This document shows, in pieces, positions 54,490-64,000 of a stretch of DNA of 64,000 nt (positions within the stretch are counted from its first letter, which is position 1; each line of letters opens with the position of its first letter). The notes beneath the pieces are model-generated. The model did not search any database, was not told where the DNA came from, and saw nothing but the letters and a program-made list of their open reading frames with translations. The stretch covers positions 45,818,001 through 45,882,000 of the forward strand of contig OZ024740.1 in assembly GCA_964016885.1 (NCBI GenBank), written 5' to 3'. The position numbers and the translations under genes are program-made. The DNA comes from Eledone cirrhosa. Taxonomy: Eukaryota.

Positions 54490-57400
54490 TAGACCTACTG
54501 TCTGTTGTTGTGTGTAACAAGATATTGGTGTTGTACAGCAAGAATTAGATCTACTGTCTATTGTTGTATGTAACAAGACATTGGTGTTGTACAGCAAGAA
54601 TTAGGCCTACTGTCTATTGTTGTAACAAGACATTGGTGTTGTACAGCAAGAATTAGACCTACTGTCTGTTGTTGTATGTAACAAGATATTGGTGTTGTAC
54701 AGCAAGAATTAGACCTACTGTCGTTGTTGTATGTAACAAGATATTGGTGTTGTACAGCAAGAATTAGGCCTACTGTCTATTGTTGTAATTAGACATTCGT
54801 GTTGTACAGCAAGAATTAGATGTATTGTCTATTGTTGTATGTAACAAGACGTTGGTGTTGTACAACAAGAATTAGACCTACTGTCTGTTGTTGTATGTAA
54901 TAAGACATTGGTGTTGTACAGCAAGAATTAGATCTACTGTCTATTGTTGTATATAACAAGACATTGGTGTTGTACAGCAAGAATTAGGCCTACTGCCTAT
55001 TGTTGTAACAAGACATTGGTGTTGTACAGCAAGAATTAGGCCTACTGTCTATTGTTGTATGTAACGAGACGTTGGTGTTGTAGAGCTAGAATTAGATCTA
55101 CTGTCTATTGTCGTATGTAACAAGATATTGGTGTTGTACAGCAAGAATTAGACCTACTGTCTATTGTTGTATGTAACAGCATATTGGTGTTGTACAGCAA
55201 GAATTAGACCTACTGTCTATTGTTGTATGTAACAAGATATTGGTGTTGTACAGCAAGAATTAGGCCTACTGTCTATTGTTGTAATTAGACATTCGTGTTG
55301 TACAGCAAGAATTAGATCTACTGTCTATTGTTGTGTGTAACAAGACATTGGTGTTGTACAGCAAGAATTAGATCTACTGTCTATTGTTGTATGTAACAAG
55401 ACATTGTTGTTGTACAGCAAGAATTAGGCCTACTGTCTATTGTTGTAATTAGACATTCGTGTTGTACAGCAAGAATTAGATCTACTGTCTATTGTTGTGT
55501 GTAACAAGACATTGGTGTTGTGCAGCAAGAATTAGATCTACTGTCTATTGTTATGTGTAACAAGATATTGGTGTTGTACAGCAAGAATTAGACCTACTGT
55601 CTATTGTGGTATGTAACAAGATATTGGTGTTGTACAGCCAGAATTAGACCTACTGTCTGTTGTTGTATGTAACAAGATATTGGTGTTGTACAGCAAGAAT
55701 TAGATGTATTGTCTATTGTTGTATGTAACAAGACATTGGTGTTGTACAGCAAGAATTAGATCTACTGTCTATTGTTGTATGTAACAAGACATTGGTTTTG
55801 TACAGCAAGAATTAGGCCTACTTTCTATTGTTGTAATTAGACATTCGTGTTGTACAGCAAGAATTAGATCTACTGTCTATTGTTGTACGTGACAAGACAT
55901 TGGTGTTGTACAGCAAGAATTAGGCCTACTTTCTATTGTTATAATTAGACATTAGTGTTGTACAGCAAGAATTAGATCTACTGTCTATTGTTGTGTGTAA
56001 CAAGATATTGGTGTTGTACAGCAAGAATTAGATCTACTGTCTATTGTTGTATGTAACAAGATATTGGTGTTGTACAGCAAGAATTAGATTTACTGTCTAT
56101 TGTTGTGTGTAACAAGACATTGGTGTTGTGCAGCAAGAATTAGATCTACTGTCTATTATTGTGTGTAACAAGACATTGGTGTTGTACAGCAAGAATTAGA
56201 CCTACTGTCTGTTGTTGTATGTAACAAGATATTGGTGTTGTACAGCAAGAATTAGATGTATTATCTATTGTTGTATGTAACAAGACATTGGTGTTGTACA
56301 GCAAGAATTAGATCTACTGTCTCTTGTTGTATGTAACAAGACATTGGATTTGTACAGCAAGAATTAGGCCTACTTTCTATTGTTGTAATTAGACATTCGT
56401 GTTGTACAGCAAGAATTAGATCTACTGTCTATTGTTGTATGTGACAAGATATTGGTGTTGTACAGCAAGAATTAGAACTATTGTCTATTGTTGTATGTAA
56501 CAAGACATTGGTGTTGTTCAGCAAGAATTAGATCTACTGTCTGTTGTTGTATGTAACAAGACATTGGTGTTGTACAGCAAGAATTAAATCTACTGTCTAT
56601 TGTTGTATGTAACAAGATATTGGTGTTGTACAGCAAGAATTAGACCTACTGTCTATTGTTGTGTGTAACAAGATATTGGTGTTGTACAGCAAGAATTAGA
56701 TCTACTGTCTATTGTTGTATGTAACAAGACATTGGTGTTGTACAGCAAGAATTAGGCCTACTGTCTATTGTTGTAACAAGACATTGGTGTTGTACAGCAA
56801 GAATTAGACCTACTGTCTGTTGTTGTATGTAACAAGATATTGGTGTTGTACAGCAAGAATTAGACCTACTGTCTTTGTTGTATGTAACAAGATATTGGTG
56901 TTGTACAGCAAGAATTAGGCCTACTGTCTATTGTTGTAATTAGACATTCGTGTTGTACAGCAAGAATTAGATGTATTGTCTATTGTTGTATGTAACAAGA
57001 CGTTGGTGTTGTAAAACAAGAATTAGACCTACTGTCTGTTGTTGTATGTAACAAGACATTGGTGTTGTACAGCAAGAATTAGATCTACTGTCTATTGTTG
57101 TATATAACAAGACATTGGTGTTGTACAGCAAGAATTAGGCCTACTCCCTATTGTTGTAACAAGACATTGGTGTTGTACAGCAAGAATTAGGCCTACTGTC
57201 TATTGTTGTATGTAACGAGACGTTGGTGTTGTAGAGCTAGAATTAGATCTACTGTCTATTGTCGTATGTAACAAGATATTGGTGTTGTACAGCAAGAATT
57301 AGACCTACTGTCTATTGTTGTATGTAACAGCATATTGGTGTTGTACAGCAAGAATTAGACCTACTGTCTATTGTTGTATGTAACAAGATATTGGTGTTGT

Positions 57401-59030
57401 ACAGCAAGAATTAGGCCTACTGTCTATTGTTGTAATTAGACATTCGTGTTGTACAGCAAGAATTAGATCTACTGTCTATTGTTGTGTGTAACAAGACATT
57501 GGTGTTGTACAGCAAGAATTAGATCTACTGTCTATTGTTGTATGTAACAAGACATTGTTGTTGTACAGCAAGAATTAGGCCTACTGTCTATTGTTGTAAT
57601 TAGACATTCGTGTTGTACAGCAAGAATTAGATCTACTGTCTATTGTTGTGTGTAACAAGACATTGGTGTTGTGCAGCAAGAATTAGATCTACTGTCTATT
57701 GTTGTGTGTAACAAGATATTGGTGTTGTACAGCAAGAATTAGACCTACTGTCTATTGTGGTATGTAACAAGATATTGGTGTTGTACAGCCAGAATTAGAC
57801 CTACTGTCTGTTGTTGTATGTAACAAGATATTGGTGTTGTACAGCAAGAATTAGATGTATTGTCTATTGTTGTATGTAACAAGACATTGGTGTTGTACAG
57901 CAAGAATTAGATCTACTGTCTATTGTTGTATGTAACAAGACATTGGTTTTGTACAGCAAGAATTAGGCCTACTTTCTATTGTTGTAATTAGACATTCGTG
58001 TTGTACAGCAAGAATTAGATCTACTGTCTATTGTTGTACGTGACAAGACATTGGTGTTGTACAGCAAGAATTAGGCCTACTTTCTATTGTTATAATTAGA
58101 CATTCGTGTTGTACAGCAAGAATTAGATCTACTGTCTATTGTTGTGTGTAACAAGATATTGGTGTTGTACAGCAAGAATTAGATCTACTGTCTATTGTTG
58201 TGTGTAACAAGACATTGGTGTTGTACAGCAAGAATTAGATCTACTGTCTATTGTTGTGTGTAACAAGACATTGGTGTTGTACGGCAAGAATTAGATCTAC
58301 TGTCTATTGTTGTATGTAACAAGACATTGTTGTTGTACAGCAAGAATTAGGCCTACTGTCTATTGTTGTAATTAGACATTCGTGTTGTACAGCAAGAATT
58401 AGATCTACTGTCTATTGTTGTATGTAACAAGATATTGGTGTTGTACAGCAAGAATTAGATTTACTGTCTATTGTTGTGTGTAACAAGACATTGGTGTTGT
58501 GCAGCAAGAATTAGATCTACTGTCTATTGTTGTGTGTAACAAGACATTGGTGTTGTACAGCAAGAATTAGACCTACTGTCTGTTGTTGTATGTAACAAGA
58601 TATTGGTGTTGTACAGCAAGAATTAGATGTATTATCTATTGTTGTATGTAACAAGACATTGGTGTTGTACAGCAAGAATTAGATCTACTGTCTCTTGTTG
58701 TATGTAACAAGACATTGGTTTTGTACAGCAAGAATTAGGCCTACTTTCTATTGTTGTAATTAGACATTCGTGTTGTACAGCAAGAATTAGATCTACTGTC
58801 TATTGTTGTATGTGACAAGATATTGGTGTTGTACAGCAAGAATTAGAACTATTGTCTATTGTTGTATGTAACAAGACATTGGTGTTGTTCAGCAAGAATT
58901 AGATCTACTGTCTGTTGTTGTATGTAACAAGACATTGGTGTTGTACAGCAAGAATTAAATCTACTGTCTATTGTTGTATGTAACAAGATATTGGTGTTGT
59001 ACAGCAAGAATTAGACCTACTGTCTATTGT
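54490..59030 (+). repeat. Tandem duplication of ~2.15-2.37 kb
   Basis: Offset 2151 for atataac (54953/57104) and aacagcat (55179/57330). Offset 2371 for gatttact (56090/58461), meaning four extra monomers (220 bp) in copy 2. Confidence 0.85.
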
Positions 59031-62000
59031 TGTATGTAACAAGATATTGGTGTTGTACAGCAAGAATTAGACCTACTGTCTGTTGTTGTATGTAAAAAGA
59101 TATTGGTGTTGTACAGCAAGAATTAGATGTATTGTCTATTGTTGTATGTAACAAGACATTGGTGTTGTACAGCAAGAATTAGATCTACTGTCTATTGTTG
59201 TATGTAACAAGACATTGGTGTTGTACAGCAAGAATTAGGCCTACTTTCTATTATTGTAATTAGACATTCGTGTTGTACAGCAAGAATTAGATCTACTGTC
59301 TATTGTTGTATGTAACAAGATATTGGTGTTGTACAGCAAGAATTAGAACTATTGTCTATTGTTGTATGTAACAAGACATTGGTGTTGTACAGCAAGAATT
59401 AGATCTACTGTCTATTGTTGTATGTAACAAGATATTGGTGTTGTACAGCAAGAATTAGACCTACTGTCTATTGTTTTATGTAACAAGATATTGGTGTTGT
59501 ACAGCAAGAATTAGACCTACTGTCTGTTGTTGTATGTAACAAGATATTGGTGTTGTACAGCAAGAATTAGATCTACTGTCTATTGTTGTATGTATTAAGA
59601 TGTTGGTGTTGTACAGAAAGAATTAGACCTACTGTCTGTTGTTGTGTGTAACAAGATATTGGTGTTGTACAGCAAGAATTAGACCTACTCTCTGTTGTTG
59701 TGTGTAACAAGATATTGGTGTTGTACAGCAAGAATTAGACCTACTGTCTATTGCTGTATGTAACAGGATATTGGTGTTGTACAGCAAGAATTAGACCTAC
59801 TGTCTATTGTTGTATGTAACAAGATATTGGTGTTGTACTGCAAGAATTAGACCTACTGTCTGTTGTTGTGTGTAACAAGATATTGGTGTTGTACAGCAAA
59901 AATTAGACCTACTGTCTATTGTTGTATGTAAGAAGATATTGGTGTTGTACAGCAAGAATTAGACCTACTGTCTGTTGTTGTGCGTAACAAGATATTGGTT
60001 TTGTACAGCAAGAATTAGACCTACTGTCTGTTGTTGTGTGTAACAAGATATTGGTGTTGTACAGCAGGAATTAGACCTACTGTCTATTGTTGTATGTAAC
60101 AAGATATTGGTGTTGTACAGCAAGAATTAGACCTACTGTCTATTGTTGTATGTAACAAGATATTGGTGTTGTACAGCAAGAATTAGACCTACTGTCTATT
60201 GTTGTATGTAACAAGATATTGGTGTTGTACAGCATGAATTAGACCTACTGTCTATTGTTGTGTGTAACAAGACATTGGTGTTGTACAGCAAGAATTAGAT
60301 CTACTGTCTATTGTTGTGTGTAACAAGATATTGGTGTTGTACAGCAAGAATTAGGCCTACTGTCTATTGTTGTAATTAGACATTCGTGTTGTACAGCAAG
60401 AATTAGATCTACTGTCTATTGTTGTATGTAACAAGACATTGGTGTTGTACAGCAAGAATTAGATCCACTGTCTATTGTTGTATGTAACAAGACATTGGTG
60501 TTGTACAACAAGAATTAGATCTACTGTCTATTGTTGTATGTAACAAGACATTGGTGTTGTACAGCAAGAATTAGATCTACTGTCTATTGTCGTATGTAAC
60601 AAGACATTGGTGTTGTACAGCAAGAATTAGGCCTACTGTCTATTGTTGTAATTAGACATTCGTGTTGTACAGCAAGAATTAGATCTACTGTCTATTGTTG
60701 TATGTGACAAGATATTGGTGTTGTACAGCAAGAATTAAAACTATTGTCTATTGTTGTATGTAACAAGACATTGGTGTTGTTCAGCAAGAATTAGATCTAC
60801 TGTCTGTTGTTGTATGTAACAAGATATTGGTGTTGTACAGCAAGAATTAAATCTACTGTCTATTGTTGTATGTAACAAGATATTGGTGTTGTACAGCAAG
60901 AATTAGACCTACTGTCTATTGTTGTATGTAACAAGATATTGGTGTTGTACAGCAAGAATTAGACCTACTGTCCGTTGTTGTATGTAAAAAGATATTGGTG
61001 TTGTACAGCAAGAATTAGATGTATTGTCTATTGTTGTATGTAACAAGACATTGGTGTTGTACAGCAAGAATTAGATCTACTGTCTATTGTTGTATGTAAC
61101 AAGACATTGGTGTTGTACAGCAAGAATTAGGCCTACTTTCTATTATTGTAATTAGACATTCGTGTTGTACAGCAAGAATTAGATCTACTGTCTATTGTTG
61201 TATGTAACAAGATATTGGTGTTGTACAGCAAGAATTAGAACTATTGTCTATTGTTGTATGTAACAAGACATTGGTGTTGTACAGCAAGAATTAGATCTAC
61301 TGTCTATTGTTGTATGTAACAAGATATTGGTGTTGTACAGCAAGAATTAGACCTACTGTCTATTGTTGTATGTAACAAGATATTGGTGTTGTACAGCAAG
61401 AATTAGACCTACTGTCTGTTGTTGTATGTAAAAAGATATTGGTGTTGTACAGCAAGAATTAGATGTATTGTCTATTGTTGTATGTAACAAGACATTGGTG
61501 TTGTACAGCAAGAATTAGATCTACTGTCTATTGTTGTATGTAACAAGACATTGGTGTTGTACAGCAAGAATTAGGCCTACTTTCTATTATTGTAATTAGA
61601 CATTCGTGTTGTACAGCAAGAATTAGATCTACTGTCTATTGTTGTATGTAACAAGATATTGGTGTTGTACAGCAAGAATTAGATCTACTGTCTATTGTTG
61701 TATGTAACAAGATGTTGGTGTTGTACAGAAAGAATTAGACCTACTGTCTGTTGTTGTGTGTAACAAGATATTGGTGTTGTACAGCAAGAATTAGACCTAC
61801 TCTCTGTTGTTGTGTGTAACAAGATATTGGTGTTGTACAGCAAGAATTAGACCTACTGTCTATTGCTGTATGTAACAGGATATTGGTGTTGTACAGCAAG
61901 AATTAGACCTACTGTCTATTGTTGTATGTAACAAGATATTGGTGTTGTACTGCAAGAATTAGACCTACTGTCTGTTGTTGTGTGTAACAAGATATTGGTG

Positions 62001-62810
62001 TTGTACAGCAAAAATTAGACCTACTGTCTATTGTTGTATGTAAGAAGATATTGGTGTTGTACAGCAAGAATTAGACCTACTGTCTGTTGTTGTGCGTAAC
62101 AAGATATTGGTTTTGTACAGCAAGAATTAGACCTACTGTCTGTTGTTGTGTGTAACAAGATATTGGTGTTGTACAGCAGGAATTAGACCTACTGTCTATT
62201 GTTGTATGTAACAAGATATTGGTGTTGTACAGCAAGAATTAGACCTACTGTCTATTGTTGTATGTAACAAGATATTGGTGTTGTACAGCAAGAATTAGAC
62301 CTACTGTCTATTGTTGTATGTAACAAGATATTGGTGTTGTACAGCATGAATTAGACCTACTGTCTATTGTTGTGTGTAACAAGACATTGGTGTTGTACAG
62401 CAAGAATTAGATCTACTGTCTATTGTTGTGTGTAACAAGATATTGGTGTTGTACAGCAAGAATTAGGCCTACTGTCTATTGTTGTAATTAGACATTCGTG
62501 TTGTACAGCAAGAATTAGATCTACTGTCTATTGTTGTATGTAACAAGACATTGGTGTTGTACAGCAAGAATTAGATCCACTGTCTATTGTTGTATGTAAC
62601 AAGACATTGGTGTTGTACAACAAGAATTAGATCTACTGTCTATTGTTGTATGTAACAAGACATTGGTGTTGTACAGCAAGAATTAGATCTACTGTCTATT
62701 GTCGTATGTAACAAGACATTGGTGTTGTACAGCAAGAATTAGGCCTACTGTCTATTGTTGTAATTAGACATTCGTGTTGTACAGCAAGAATTAGATCTAC
62801 TGTCTATTGT
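58760..62810 (+). repeat. Tandem duplication of ~1.9-2.1 kb with a nested 444-bp (8-monomer) repeat
   Basis: tgtaaaaag lies at 59096, 60988 (+1892) and 61432 (+444). cagaaag (59617/61729) and gcatgaa (60235/62347) are offset by 2112. Confidence 0.85.
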
Positions 62811-64000
62811 TGTATGTAACAAGATATTGGTGTTGTACAGCAAGAATTAGATCTACTGTCTATTGTTGTGTGTAACAAGACATTGGTGTTTTACAGCAAG
62901 AATTCGATCTACTGTCTATTGTTGTATGTAACAAGATATTGGTGTTGTACAGCAAGAATTAGGCCTACTGTCTATTGTCGTGTGTCACAAGACATTGGTG
63001 TTGTACAGCAAGAATTAGATCTATTGTCTATTGTTGTATGTAACAAGATATTGGTGTTGTACAGCAAGAATTAGGCCTACTGTCTATTGTTGTGTGTAAC
63101 AAGACATTGGTGTTGTACAGCAAGAATTAGGCTTACTGTCTATTGTTGTAATTAGACATTCGTGTTGTACAGCAAGAATTAGATCTATTGTCTATTGTTG
63201 TGTGTAACAAGATATTGGTTTTGTACAGCAAGAATTAGATCTACCCTCTATTGTTGTATGTAACAAGACATTGGTGTTGTACAGAAAGAATTAGGCCTAC
63301 TGTCTATTGTTGTAATTAGACATTCGTGTTGTACAGCAAGAATTAGATCTACTGTCTATTGTTGTGTGTAACGAGACATTGGTGTTGTGCAGCAAGAATT
63401 AGATCTACAGTCTATTGTTGTGTGTAACAAGACATTGGTGTTGTACAGCAAGAATTCGATCTACTGTCTATTGTTGTATGTAACAAGATGTTGGTGTTGT
63501 ACAGCAAGAATTAGACCTACTGTCTGTTGTTGTGTGTAATAAGATATTGGTGTTGTACAGCAAGAATTAGACCTACTGTCTATTGTTGTATGTAACAAGA
63601 TATTGGTGTTGTACAGCAAGAATTAGACCTACTGTCTGTTGTTGTGTGTAACAAGATATTGGTGTTGTACAGCAAGAATTAGACCTACTGTCTGTTGTTG
63701 TGTGTAACAAGATATTGGTGTTGTACAGCAAGAATTAGACCCACTGTCTATTGTTGTATGTAACAGGATATTGGTGTTGTACAGCAAGAATTAGACCTAC
63801 TGTCTATTGTTGTATGTAACAAGATATTGGTGTTGTACAGCAAGAATTAGACCTACTGTCTGTTGTTGTGTGTAACAAGATATTGGTGTTGTACAGCAAG
63901 AATTAGACCTACTGTCTATTGTTGTATGTAACAAGATATTGGTGTTGTACAGCAAGAATTAGGCCTATTGTCTATAGTTGTAATTAGACATTCGTGTTGT

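Larger units (their letters stand above)
1..64000 (+). repeat. Satellite DNA array of a 56-bp monomer (~1,145 head-to-tail copies, single orientation), running off both window ends
   Basis: Monomer 1-56 (gcaagaattagacctactgtctgttgttgtgtgtaacaagatattggtgttgtaca) restarts at 57, 113, 169 and so on through the window. Consensus composition is A17 T21 G12 C6. Common variable sites are GATC/GACC/GGCC/GATA, CTATT/CTGTT, GTAT/GTGT/TTAT, TAAC/TAAG and GATA/GACA. No non-repeat sequence was seen. Confidence 0.99.
49414..64000 (+). repeat. Right domain: more diverged monomers with a different set of diagnostic variants
   Basis: The 52-bp gtaattagacattcgtg monomer, gatgtatt, gaactatt, cagctag and GACA variants are frequent. 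The taagaag, gttttatg and tattattgtg variants that dominate the left become rare after ~54.5 kb. Confidence 0.85.

Noticed and set aside
62868-63074. 68-aa plus-strand ORF
   Set aside because: It is open by chance because point variants (aattcgat, tgtcacaa) remove stop codons. It has no ATG start, no recognisable domain and no flanking unique sequence.
1-64000. CRISPR array (a conserved ~25-bp segment containing GTTGTA alternating with a more variable segment)
   Set aside because: The variable segments are near-identical alleles of one sequence, not unique spacers. There is no leader and no cas gene.
1-64000. Giant repetitive protein gene using a 168-bp (3-monomer) coding unit
   Set aside because: Stop codons recur on both strands within about three monomers, frameshifting deletions are common, and the ORF track has nothing over 68 aa.
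1-64000. Canonical telomerase repeat, or tRNA/5S/snRNA/spliced-leader gene array
   Set aside because: There is no short G-run telomeric unit. I recognise no cloverleaf, Pol III boxes, Sm site or known RNA sequence in the 56-bp unit.
1-64000. Monomer variant order as an encoded message or combinatorial cassette system
   Set aside because: The order is explained by nested tandem duplication and whole-monomer gain or loss. No recombinase, expression site or reader element is present in the window.

Overview
The whole 64-kb window is one uninterrupted, head-to-tail tandem array of a 56-bp AT-rich monomer (~32% GC, about 1,145 copies, all in one orientation). The consensus is GCAAGAATTAGAYCTACTGTCTRTTGTTGTRTGTAACAAGAYATTGGTGTTGTACA. 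It looks like eukaryotic satellite DNA; I cannot name the family or organism. I found no supportable gene, RNA gene, transposon or CRISPR array, and the three ORFs are by-products of the repeat. All the information lies in the pattern of monomer variants, traced by eye with rare substitutions as markers. It shows nested structure: an internal 21+35-bp subrepeat, 112-bp dimers, 6-mers, a variable ~26-29-mer higher-order repeat, and recent tandem duplications of about 1.7, 1.9-2.4, 3.2, 7.7 and 7.8 kb whose order can be partly reconstructed. A homogeneous left domain gives way to a more diverged right domain after ~49.4 kb. The most unusual signal is a set of rare variants that perfect the monomer's quasi-palindromes, which could reflect template-switch mutagenesis. 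I see no evidence for a protein-coding system. Offsets were counted by hand and boundaries are approximate to within about one monomer.
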